Shown here: positions 46,673 through 54,862 of the stretch, in pieces
How the letters are laid out: the number at the start of each line of letters is the position of its first letter
How positions within the stretch are numbered: the stretch's first letter is position 1
Origin: Spirochaetales bacterium
Lineage (GTDB): Bacteria > Spirochaetota > Spirochaetia > DAHUYW01
Length of the DNA: 57,746 bases
Direction of reading: 5' to 3'
Assembly: GCA_027314665.1 (NCBI GenBank)
Contig: DAHVAK010000271.1
Span: 1-57,746 of the forward strand
Position numbers and translations under genes: made by a program
Notes under the pieces: model-generated
The model's input: the letters and a program-made list of their open reading frames with translations, nothing else
The model's database searches: none
What the model was told of the DNA's origin: nothing

Positions 46673-48139
46673 CTACCGTTCCGGCTTCTGCTTCTCCTCG
46701 GCGCTGCGGTCGTCGAAGACGAGGGTCGCCTCACCGACGCGCAGCACGTCGCCGGGGCGCAGGTGCCGCCGCTGGGCGGGGCGATTGTTCACCATGACGG
46801 GTTCATCGCTCACGACCGTGAAGGTGCCGCTGCGCTGATCCTTCACGAGGGTCACCTGACTCGTCGCGGATTCTCGGTTTTTTTCCGAGTCTTCCTCTTC
46901 CGATGTGACAGTGACTCGATTGCTCGCGTCGAAGCCAATCACGGTCTTGCCCTCGTTGAGTGAGAACACCTTGGTCGAGCCTCCAGCGAGAATCTCCAGA
47001 TTTGCATCGCTTCGTCGGTTGAGAAATCGAGCCCTGCTGATGAGAAACCAGGCGAGTAGCGCGATCAGGAAGGGAACCACGAGAAGGGGGCTCAGTCTTC
47101 CGGCGGGGGGACCGAAGAGGGTTCCGACGAAGTAGTACTGCGAAGCCGACGATGTCCCGTCCGGTCCGTGATACTCGACCCGCACTTCCCTCCTGTCGCC
47201 GGCAAGCATTCTCGGCGAGTAGGTCAGTCGATACTCCTCCAGAACACTCCTTCGCACGGAAAGATAGACGCTTGCAAGCTCCTTCTCGCTGCGCGCGTCG
47301 AACACGCGTCCTCCGGTCGAGTGGGCGATCGTCTGAAGGTTGGCATCCGGGAGCGCGGGGCCAAACTGAATCGGGAAGACGGATATTCCCTCGCGAATGA
47401 GGACGCGCACCGCCTCCTCGCTGGAGACGAGGGCCGAGCCGAACTGCGGATTCGGCCTGCCGGTGTGGAGATAGTAGGGGAAGTTCTCCCCATCGGTCAG
47501 AAGGAGAATCACCTTGCGTCCCTTCCACCCGGAAAGAACCTGCGCGGCAGCCCGGAGCGAGGCATAGAGCTCCGTGAAGGAATCGGCCTCCGTGGGCCGG
47601 ACAATCCTCGCGAGCGCCGCTTCCATATCCGAGCGCAGACGTGTTGGAAGCGTCTCTACGCGATAGAGGGTGTTGAACGAGGCGAGCCCGATCCGGTCGG
47701 CAGGATTATCGACCGAATTGAGAAAGATGCGGATCGCGGAGCGCGCCGCCTCGATTCGGGTCTGGGGGCGCGCGCCGGCTGCGGAGGCGTCGAGGGGTTC
47801 GTACATGCTTCCGGAGTTGTCGACGAGCAGAAAGAAGGTCAACCCCTCGTTCGCCGGAGCTCCCTCGTGAAACGAGAAGTGCGCCACCGGGAGCAGCGGC
47901 CCGCCGGGTAGCCCCTCGGACATCGAGAAGTCGCCCGCTTCGAGCCCGGTCACTGCGTTCCCATTCGGCCCGGTCACTCCCACGTAGACGTCCACCTCCT
48001 GCCGGGTGAGAAGGCGCGAGGGATCAATCTGCGCGATTGTCGCCTGCTCCTGGGCGAAGGCGGGCGCCGCCGCCGCGAGAATCATGATCAAGGCCGCCAA
48101 AGCTGCCGCGGGCTTCACTCTCTTCTTCACGGGGCTCAT
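46673..48139 (-). CDS. secreted vWA domain / single TM / cytoplasmic FHA-like domain protein
   Basis: The ATG at 48139 lies 6 nt after TAGGAGG, which spans the upstream stop. The signal peptide is AALAALIMILAAAAPAFA. The vWA MIDAS block is FFLLVDNSGSM, with ILLLTDGENF. The TM helix is LLVVPFLIALLAWFLI. The C-terminus is divergent FHA-like (GKTVIGFDASNRVTV...VMVNNRPAQRRHLRPGDVLRVGEATLVF). Confidence 0.7.
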   Translation of the reverse strand: MSPVKKRVKPAAALAALIMILAAAAPAFAQEQATIAQIDPSRLLTRQEVDVYVGVTGPNGNAVTGLEAGDFSMSEGLPGGPLLPVAHFSFHEGAPANEGLTFFLLVDNSGSMYEPLDASAAGARPQTRIEAARSAIRIFLNSVDNPADRIGLASFNTLYRVETLPTRLRSDMEAALARIVRPTEADSFTELYASLRAAAQVLSGWKGRKVILLLTDGENFPYYLHTGRPNPQFGSALVSSEEAVRVLIREGISVFPIQFGPALPDANLQTIAHSTGGRVFDARSEKELASVYLSVRRSVLEEYRLTYSPRMLAGDRREVRVEYHGPDGTSSASQYYFVGTLFGPPAGRLSPLLVVPFLIALLAWFLISRARFLNRRSDANLEILAGGSTKVFSLNEGKTVIGFDASNRVTVTSEEEDSEKNRESATSQVTLVKDQRSGTFTVVSDEPVMVNNRPAQRRHLRPGDVLRVGEATLVFDDRSAEEKQKPER

Positions 48140-48149
48140 CTCTTGCCTC

Positions 48150-49130
48150 CTACTCACGTTTGTAGAGGAACTTCACCGCCCCGCACGCTATCACGTCGTC
48201 GAACTTCAAGGGGGCTCCCGCCTGCCGGGCGGCGCGAGCGGGCTGGAACTCGGCGGGCTGTCCACCCGCAATCCGCTCATCGTTCACCCGTACGCTGCCC
48301 TCCATGGGCTCGATGAATAGGTCGCGCCCCCGGGCGACGAGCCGGCAGTGCGCCTCGGCTATATCCCGATAGCCCAGTGAGCTTCCCGGTTGCACCAACT
48401 CCGGCGTGGCGCGCTTCTTCGCGGGGATGGGGATGTCGCAGCGGGCGCCGGAGCCGATGACCATCCTGCGCTGGTTGAGGATGTACTCCCGGCTCTTGAA
48501 GGGACCATTGAGGACCCTGAAAACCCCGAACGAAAGGCGCCTCTCGACAACGGCGTAGGCAAGGCCGATGAGGATCCCGAGCAAGAGCAAGCCCACGAGG
48601 TGCGCCACGGGAAAGGCGGGGAAGAAGAGCCGTCCGTACTCGATTGCCGCGCCGCCGAGGATGCCTCCGGTGAATCCCCCGAGGGCCCCGATGGCAATCT
48701 TTCGGGCCGACGACGAGCGGATGCCCGCCGCCGCCCCGACGCAGGCCCCCAGGATCCCCCAACCGACCGCCCGCGCTACCGGCATCGCGATGCTTTCCAC
48801 CCGGTGGAGGTTGCTCATGAGATAGTCGCCGACGAGGAAGAGGATCCCTTGGGCTGCGAGGAATCCCAGGGCGCCTCCGCCCGCCCCGACGACCCCTCCA
48901 ACGCCCGCCCCGAGCACGATGCGTCTCCTGCGCGAAGCGATGATCCCATCGGCTCCGCCGAGGAAGGCGCCGAAGATGAGCCCAAAGAGCGCACCCGAGA
49001 CGATCGAGTAGGCGAGATAGCTCGAAAAGTGCACCTGCAGGTGGATGAGCAGCTCCATCACCGGCCACGTCGCGAGGCCCGCGGAGATTCCGAGGGCAAG
49101 CTGTATGAGACGTCGAATGAGAATCGTCAT
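48150..49130 (-). CDS. multi-TM Gly-rich membrane protein with a C-terminal FHA-like domain
   Basis: It has 5-6 Gly/Ala-rich helices (GAFLGGADGIIA, GAGVGGVVGAGGGALGF, GALGGFTGGILGGAAI). These are followed by RRMVIGSGARCDIPI...AHCRLVARGRDLFIEPMEGSVRVNDERI. It is translationally coupled on both sides. Confidence 0.65.
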   Translation of the reverse strand: MTILIRRLIQLALGISAGLATWPVMELLIHLQVHFSSYLAYSIVSGALFGLIFGAFLGGADGIIASRRRRIVLGAGVGGVVGAGGGALGFLAAQGILFLVGDYLMSNLHRVESIAMPVARAVGWGILGACVGAAAGIRSSSARKIAIGALGGFTGGILGGAAIEYGRLFFPAFPVAHLVGLLLLGILIGLAYAVVERRLSFGVFRVLNGPFKSREYILNQRRMVIGSGARCDIPIPAKKRATPELVQPGSSLGYRDIAEAHCRLVARGRDLFIEPMEGSVRVNDERIAGGQPAEFQPARAARQAGAPLKFDDVIACGAVKFLYKRE

Positions 49131-49136
49131 CTGCCA

Positions 49137-51059
49137 TCACTCCAGAAGATCGGGTGCGCTCGCGTAGCCGCTACTGTCGAAGAGAATCTTGCCGGACTTG
49201 CGGTCCGCCACGATCCTCAGGCTCAGCCGCTCGAGCGGCAGCACGCTGAAGGCATACTGGCCCGAGAGCGCACCGCTGTGCACCGTGAGGGTGTGCGGAC
49301 CAGGGGCGAGGCGAAGCTCGGCTGCGCGCGCGCCGATCCGAGGTATCGCAGCGAGATGGGGGGTTCGGCCCCATTCGCGATAGGTGCCGGAACCATCGAG
49401 GTCGACGCTGACGGTGCCCGCGCCCGACGTGAGCTCGACCGCCCCAGGGTAGGGTACGAGGCTTGCGTCGATTCGGAGCTGGCTCTCAAACGGTCGGACC
49501 GCGAGGGCGTAGTCGGAGGGGTAGTATCCGTCGTGCGCAAAGCGAAATTGATAGGCCCCGCCTGAGCGCAGCGACGAGGCGACATCCCCGACAAAGGCCA
49601 CCCAGCTCCCGTTCGCATACAGCTCGACAGCCGTGCCGCCGGTGATCGTTTCTCCCCCGGCCGCCGATTCGACCCGAAACGATACAGAAAGGGGAAGGCT
49701 CGCCCCCTCATCGATCGATACGACGAGGCTTCGGCCCGCGCCGCCGCCGCCGGTCGCCCGCTGGTCGCGGCGGGACTCGAGGGTGAACCCCCGCCACACG
49801 AGCTGGTTCGAGGCCGCGACCTTGACCCGATACTGCCCGACGGGGAGGTAGAGCGGACGGCTCACGAAGACCTCGGTCTCCTGCGTGTTCTGCTCGCGGT
49901 CTACGTGGAAGACAAAGCGAGCCCCTTGCACGCGAGGAATCTCCTTTCCGTCGTCGCGGAACAGCTCCGCTGCAACATAGCGCTCCCGAGCCGGCAGGAG
50001 CCCGCGGGCAACGCGAACCGTCAGCACGAGCTCGCCGTAGCGATTGGGATAGAGAAGCTCGGAGGCAATCCCGCTTCGCAAGCCGTAGTAGGCTGCCCCG
50101 CCGCCGAGAAGCAACAAGGCGACGGCTACCGCAGCGACGGCGCCTCCGAGTCGGGAACGCTTTCTCGGCGGCGACCAGGTTCGGCTCAAGAACGAGGCGA
50201 TCTGGGTTCGCTGCTCTCCCGCCGCCCGCGACCCGAGTCGTCGGTCGAGCTTCTTCAACACGACGCAAAGGTCCTGGAAACGCCGCGTCCGCTTCGCGCT
50301 CATCGCCTTGCGAATCAATCGAGCGGTGAAGCGCGTAATGGCGGGGTTGTGTGTCCTAGGCCTTCGGTATTTCCCGTGCTGGATGGCCTTGAGAGTCTCG
50401 GGTGTGACGGAACCGGGGAAGGGCCGCTTGCCGGTCATCATCTCGTAGAGCATCACCCCGAGGGAGTAGATGTCGGCGCGCTTGTCGACGCTTCGGGTGT
50501 CCTGGAACTGCTCGGGGGCCATGTAGGACGGCGTGCCGAGGATCGTACCCTCACGGGTGAGATCCGCTTCATTCTCGTCGTCGATGTGCGCAATGCCGAA
50601 GTCGACGAGCTTGACGTCGCCTCGGCGTGAAAGGAGGATGTTGCCTGGTTTGATATCCCGATGGATGACGCCGCGATCGTGGGCGTACTTCAGGGCGCGG
50701 CAGCAGTCGCGGAAGATGAGGAGCGCTACCCACTCGGGGAGGTATCGCTCGCGCTGCAGAAGCTGGGAGAGGGAAATCCCATCGACGTATTCCTGAACGA
50801 TGTAGTAGGCGGGTCCCTCGCGAAAATGGTCGAAGACGTCGACGATGTACTCGTTGCGGAAGTCCATCATGATGGAGGCCTCTCGCCGGAAGCGCTCGCG
50901 CACGGCCGCACTTCCGCGCAGGGTGAGCTTCTTGATGGTCACGGTCCGGTCGAGAGTCGGGTGTGCGGCGGTGTACACCGCGCCCATTCCCCCTCGCGCA
51001 ATCTCGGAGATAACCTTGTATTTTCCAATAGTCTCAGGCGGTCGGGCCATCGTTTGCAT
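49137..51059 (-). CDS. Hanks-type Ser/Thr protein kinase with a TM helix and an extracytoplasmic beta-rich (PEGA-like) region
   Basis: The kinase motifs are GGMGAVY, VTIKKL, HRDIKPGNILL, DFGIAH and GTPSYMAPEQ. The TM helix is AVAAVAVALLLLGGGAAYYGL. About 300 aa of C-terminus carries PEGA-like repeats (GAYQFRFAHDGYYPSDYALAV). Confidence 0.9.
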   Translation of the reverse strand: MQTMARPPETIGKYKVISEIARGGMGAVYTAAHPTLDRTVTIKKLTLRGSAAVRERFRREASIMMDFRNEYIVDVFDHFREGPAYYIVQEYVDGISLSQLLQRERYLPEWVALLIFRDCCRALKYAHDRGVIHRDIKPGNILLSRRGDVKLVDFGIAHIDDENEADLTREGTILGTPSYMAPEQFQDTRSVDKRADIYSLGVMLYEMMTGKRPFPGSVTPETLKAIQHGKYRRPRTHNPAITRFTARLIRKAMSAKRTRRFQDLCVVLKKLDRRLGSRAAGEQRTQIASFLSRTWSPPRKRSRLGGAVAAVAVALLLLGGGAAYYGLRSGIASELLYPNRYGELVLTVRVARGLLPARERYVAAELFRDDGKEIPRVQGARFVFHVDREQNTQETEVFVSRPLYLPVGQYRVKVAASNQLVWRGFTLESRRDQRATGGGGAGRSLVVSIDEGASLPLSVSFRVESAAGGETITGGTAVELYANGSWVAFVGDVASSLRSGGAYQFRFAHDGYYPSDYALAVRPFESQLRIDASLVPYPGAVELTSGAGTVSVDLDGSGTYREWGRTPHLAAIPRIGARAAELRLAPGPHTLTVHSGALSGQYAFSVLPLERLSLRIVADRKSGKILFDSSGYASAPDLLE

Positions 51060-52155
51060 CCTCGGGAGCGCTTAGCTCGATAACATCGCGCGTAAGCTCG
51101 GCGGTACGGTCCGCGGCGAGCAGCGCCATTATATACCGGGACGGGTTATGGATCTGGACGTACCTCCCCCCTGCGCGGAGACTATACCTTCCCCTGACTG
51201 CACGGTGGCCGCCGAAATGAAAGGCCGTTGGAGCCTCGCTTGGATCGAGGTAGTGTTCGAGCATCCGATCCACCGCGTCCGTTTCGGCTTGGTCGTTGTC
51301 GGTCCAGGTCAGGCCGTAGATCACCTCGTCGCGACCGCGATACTCGATCACCTCTTCGCGCGAAAAGAAGCGCGCGGGCTCAGCGTGGCTGATGAGGTAG
51401 TGGGGGCCGATCGCGAGGAGGGGAAGCCGCTTCTCGAACTCAGAGACTCGCGCGATAAGCTGCTCGGTGTAGAATAGGCGAAGGTACTCGAGAACCATTG
51501 CACCCTCATACGCGTACTTGCCGAAGGGACGATTTCCGGCTCCCGTCTCGTTGGCGATGTTTTCGTGATTCCCCTTAAGCAGGTGGATGCGAGTCGGCGC
51601 GGCCGACTTAAGCGCTGCAATCATCATGAGCACCGCAAGGCCTTCGGTCATTTCCCCGTCCATCGCCTCGTGCAAGGCGAAGCCGTCCGAGAACTCGGTG
51701 AGTGCGCGCCTCCATCGCTCCCTCACCCGACCCTCGCCGTGCAAGTAGTCCCCGAGACAGACAAGCTGGATCGAGCCGGCAAGGATCCCTTCGAGAACCG
51801 TGGCGGAATCCGGCAGAACGTAGCTCAAGGCGGCCCAAATGAGGCCTGGGCGCGCGTGGATGTCAGGCAGAAGAACGGTCGGGAGATCTCGATCGAGCAC
51901 GACGAGCCCACCCGGCTCCCTGAAGCGGTCGAGCGGACGAATGGTCTCGTGCTCCGAGGCGAGGACGCTGTTGACCGTGCGGAGCGCCTCATCGAGTGCC
52001 GATGGGGAGGGGACGGTTCGCGCCGATCGATACCCATCGAGCTGCTCTCGAAGCGAGGGGGGAACCCTTTGCGGCTCACTCACCGGAAGGCTGCCCTTCG
52101 CCGATCCGACACGATCGCCCTCACTCGGCGACGACCGTCTTGTTGACTTCCACAA
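51034..52155 (-). CDS. PPP-family metallophosphoesterase (likely Ser/Thr phosphatase)
   Basis: The motifs are LLPDIHARP (DxH), LGDYLHGEG (GD) and LLKGNHEN (GNHE). The start is uncertain: the TTG at 52155 overlaps the upstream gene by 35 nt, and the GTG at 52083 is an alternative. The 3' end overlaps the kinase start. Confidence 0.8.
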   Translation of the reverse strand: MWKSTRRSSPSEGDRVGSAKGSLPVSEPQRVPPSLREQLDGYRSARTVPSPSALDEALRTVNSVLASEHETIRPLDRFREPGGLVVLDRDLPTVLLPDIHARPGLIWAALSYVLPDSATVLEGILAGSIQLVCLGDYLHGEGRVRERWRRALTEFSDGFALHEAMDGEMTEGLAVLMMIAALKSAAPTRIHLLKGNHENIANETGAGNRPFGKYAYEGAMVLEYLRLFYTEQLIARVSEFEKRLPLLAIGPHYLISHAEPARFFSREEVIEYRGRDEVIYGLTWTDNDQAETDAVDRMLEHYLDPSEAPTAFHFGGHRAVRGRYSLRAGGRYVQIHNPSRYIMALLAADRTAELTRDVIELSAPEDANDGPTA

Positions 52156-52651
52156 AGTCCTCGCTCAAGATCTGGGTGGCTTCGCTCAAGCGCTCCAGTT
52201 CCTCCTTCGGCTCGAGGCGCTCCGTAAGAACTGCGATCTTGAAGACCGCCGAGCTCTTTCGAATCGGTCCCTTGGAAAAAACGACAGGCTCGTCGATGCG
52301 GATATCCTCCGCAAGCGAGGCGCTCTTGTCGCCGGCGCTCTTGGGAACATCCTGCCGCAGCTCGATGGAGGCATACTCCGCCGGTCGCTTGCCCCCGACG
52401 AGCGGACCGAGGGTGAGCAGGGAGCCCGAATAGGTCATCACGAGCGCACCTCGGTCCTCCTCCTTTGCGAACTCGTCCCATTCCTCCATGTGAAACTCGC
52501 TGATTCGCGCCTCGAAGGCATTTCGTTTCTCGAGCCAGGCCTGCGCTATCCGTTCGACGGACTCATCGGTTTCGGGAAGCCCCGAGCTTGCCGTGATGCT
52601 CTTGATGTGATCGCGGACATGTTCGGGTATCTGACTCATGTACTCACCCAT
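52121..52651 (-). CDS. unknown protein (176 aa), first gene of the kinase operon, paralog of the N-terminal domain of 52859..53746
   Basis: MGEYMSQIPEHVRDHIKSITASSGLPETDESVERIAQAWLEKRNAFEARI... I recognise no family. It is clearly similar to the divergently transcribed neighbour. Confidence 0.7.
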   Translation of the reverse strand: MGEYMSQIPEHVRDHIKSITASSGLPETDESVERIAQAWLEKRNAFEARISEFHMEEWDEFAKEEDRGALVMTYSGSLLTLGPLVGGKRPAEYASIELRQDVPKSAGDKSASLAEDIRIDEPVVFSKGPIRKSSAVFKIAVLTERLEPKEELERLSEATQILSEDFVEVNKTVVAE

Positions 52652-52858
52652 CGAAACTCCTCCGCGCCGTCGCGTGCCCCCCGCCAGAGACGGCCCATTG
52701 AGTGGTAAGATATCCCGTCAAACCTGCGAAATCAGTCCGGCGGCGCCCGGCCTGCATGGGCGCTCATGCCTGCAGGGCCCCCGCCCACTGCCGTACCCGC
52801 GCCGGGGCTCAGGCGAAAGGGGCGGGTGATCCAGCCGTTTGGTGCTATCCTAGAGCCT

Positions 52859-53746
52859 ATGGTCTATTCTGAGGAATACCTGCGGCAGCTGCTCACGGAT
52901 CGGGTCAAACGCCACCTCGAGTCGATCACCGAGTCGTCGGGCCTGCCTCCCGGCCGGGAGTCGCTTGATCGCATCACCGCGAACTGGCTCGAAAAGCGGC
53001 GGCTCTTCGAGGATCAGATTCGGCTGTTGGGAATGGAGATGCCGAGCGAGCTCGCGCAAGAGGACGCACGGGGAGTCGTTCTTCTCACCTATTCAGGCTC
53101 GCTCGTCGCCCTCGGGCGCGCCGGGCAGCAGGGGCGATGGTTCGAATACGCGAGCATCAAGCTGCGCAATGACGTTCCGGGCCTCGTGAAAGCGAGCGGG
53201 GTCACCGTCCAGGGACGGATTGCGATCGACGCTCCGGTCCACTTCGGCAGCTGCCCCATCGAGCGCTCCTCCGATGTGCTTCTCATCGGGGTCTGCCCCT
53301 CGAGGCTCGAGCAAGCGGAAGAGGACAGGCGGCTTCGCGAGGCCACCGTGTTTCTCACGAACGGATTCGTCAAGCTCAACCGAACTCTCACGATTCCCGA
53401 TGATGCGATCGGTCATTTCACCATGAAGAGCATGGTTCAGTACCTCGCAAAAAAACACGAGATAGCGCAGACCCTCACCCGAGAGCTTCTCGACGACTAC
53501 CTGACGATGATCGAAGCCGGGGCCCTGATGGGCGAAAGCGTGCCCCTCGGGAACCTCGGACACCTGCGCCTTGCCAGGCGCCCGGCCCAGAAGGCGCGCG
53601 TCGGACGCAATCCTGCCACGGGCGGCGAGATGACGATTCCGGCGAGACCCGAAGCCTTCGTGCCGCGAATGTCCTTCAGCGCCCGCCTGAAGGAGCGCGC
53701 GGCGTCGCTGCCTCTTCCTGAAGGCGACGGACCCTCCCTCGAGTAG
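52859..53746 (+). CDS. unknown N-terminal domain fused to a C-terminal HU/IHF-type DNA-binding domain
   Basis: Start at the ATG at 52859. Residues 1-180 are paralogous to 52121..52651. Residues ~189-281 match the HU fold signature (MKSMVQYLAKKHEIAQTLTRELLDDYLTMIEAGALMGESVPLGNLGHLRLARRPAQKARVGRNPATGGEMTIPARPEAFVPRMSFSARLKERA), and GRNPxTGxxxxIPA is the HU beta-arm motif. Confidence 0.75.
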   Translation: MVYSEEYLRQLLTDRVKRHLESITESSGLPPGRESLDRITANWLEKRRLFEDQIRLLGMEMPSELAQEDARGVVLLTYSGSLVALGRAGQQGRWFEYASIKLRNDVPGLVKASGVTVQGRIAIDAPVHFGSCPIERSSDVLLIGVCPSRLEQAEEDRRLREATVFLTNGFVKLNRTLTIPDDAIGHFTMKSMVQYLAKKHEIAQTLTRELLDDYLTMIEAGALMGESVPLGNLGHLRLARRPAQKARVGRNPATGGEMTIPARPEAFVPRMSFSARLKERAASLPLPEGDGPSLE

Positions 53747-53822
53747 GCGCATCCCGCCCGCGCGAGCCCGCCTTCCATTCCTGTCACGGAGTGATATACT
53801 CTGCGGAGAGGAGTCGGCATCC

Positions 53823-54170
53823 ATGGATGACACGATCTACAAGAGAAGCCCCGAGGGCAAGGAAATCGCTCGCGGATCGGAGATGAGGCAGCTGTGTCTC
53901 CGCTTCCGTGATCGCACGATCGAGATGGCGAAGACCGTTCGTATCGGAAGAGACGAGAACAACGACGTCGTGATTTCGGATGACCCGCTCGTCTCGCGGC
54001 GTCACGCCATCATCGAGCACATCGACGGCGGGTATCGGCTCAGGGACCTCGGGAGCACGAACCAGACCTACCTCAACAACAACCCCCTTCCGGCGCAGAC
54101 GAGCGTGGCGGTCAAGAGCGGCGATATCATTACGATCGGGCATACGCAGCTGAAGCTCTCGCGGCTCTGA
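53823..54170 (+). CDS. small stand-alone FHA domain protein (115 aa)
   Basis: It carries canonical FHA motifs: VRIGRDENNDVVISDDPLVSRRHAIIEHIDGGYRLRDLGSTNQTYLNNNPL...GDIITIGHTQLKL. Confidence 0.85.
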   Translation: MDDTIYKRSPEGKEIARGSEMRQLCLRFRDRTIEMAKTVRIGRDENNDVVISDDPLVSRRHAIIEHIDGGYRLRDLGSTNQTYLNNNPLPAQTSVAVKSGDIITIGHTQLKLSRL

Positions 54171-54204
54171 CCAGCGATGGGGAGCCCCCTTCGAGGAAAG
54201 AAGA

Positions 54205-54801
54205 ATGGCGAATAGACCGTCTGCCCGAAAGACGCCGGCAAGGAAAACCGCTTCAGAGAGAAAGAAGCCTGCTCCCACGAAGGCTGCGGCCTCAAGGAAG
54301 GCAGCGAAACCCCTATCGGCGCGGGACAAGCTCTCGGATGAGCTTGTCAGCATGCTGCCGGAAATCGACGCGGAGGGCTTGCTGTTTCTAATTCGCCAGG
54401 CCAATGTCCTGCTGCATAACAAGCGGGTCGATGAGCTGAATGCCGAAACGGAAAGGCTGAACAAGCACGGAAAGGAGGCGCGCAAGAAGGCCGGGACTAC
54501 CGCACGGGTCGGGCAGACCGTCGAGGAGATCACCGTCGAAATTCAGAAGTCCCCTGATGCCAAGACCTACTACGTCATCGTGGATGAGCAGAAGCATTTC
54601 TTCACCGCCGAGGAGATGGGGGCGGTGGTGAAGCTCTGCTTCAAGCCCGAACGGAAAAGCGAAGCCCTGCGCTATCTGCATCAGTTCATGAATAACGAAC
54701 GCAGGGAAGTCTTAATGGATCACGGTGTCTCCACCGAGAAGCATCCGTTTTTCGAAGCCCTTTTCTACGAAGTGCGCTCCAAGTTCACTCTCGATCGTTG
54801 A
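54205..54801 (+). CDS. unknown protein with a histone-H1-like Lys/Ala/Pro-rich N-terminal tail
   Basis: The tail is MANRPSARKTPARKTASERKKPAPTKAAASRKAAKPLSARDK. It is followed by a ~150 aa globular region from a family I do not recognise. The gene lies 34 nt downstream of the FHA gene on the same strand. Confidence 0.6.
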   Translation: MANRPSARKTPARKTASERKKPAPTKAAASRKAAKPLSARDKLSDELVSMLPEIDAEGLLFLIRQANVLLHNKRVDELNAETERLNKHGKEARKKAGTTARVGQTVEEITVEIQKSPDAKTYYVIVDEQKHFFTAEEMGAVVKLCFKPERKSEALRYLHQFMNNERREVLMDHGVSTEKHPFFEALFYEVRSKFTLDR

Positions 54802-54862
54802 TCCGCCTGCATACTCCCGTCCGGACACCCCTACGAACAATCCCATCGCATCAAGATCCGTT

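Noticed and set aside
51034-51059. The 26-nt overlap of the phosphatase 3' end and the kinase start as a sign of a frameshifted fusion.
   Set aside because: Both proteins are complete with intact terminal motifs in their own frames. Short overlaps are consistent with translational coupling.
46673-52155. The FHA/kinase/phosphatase/vWA genes as the T6SS threonine-phosphorylation (TagE/PpkA-PppA-Fha1) module.
   Set aside because: No T6SS structural genes (tssA-M, hcp, vgrG, clpV) occur anywhere in the 58-kb window. In addition, the vWA domain is on a separate FHA protein rather than on the kinase.
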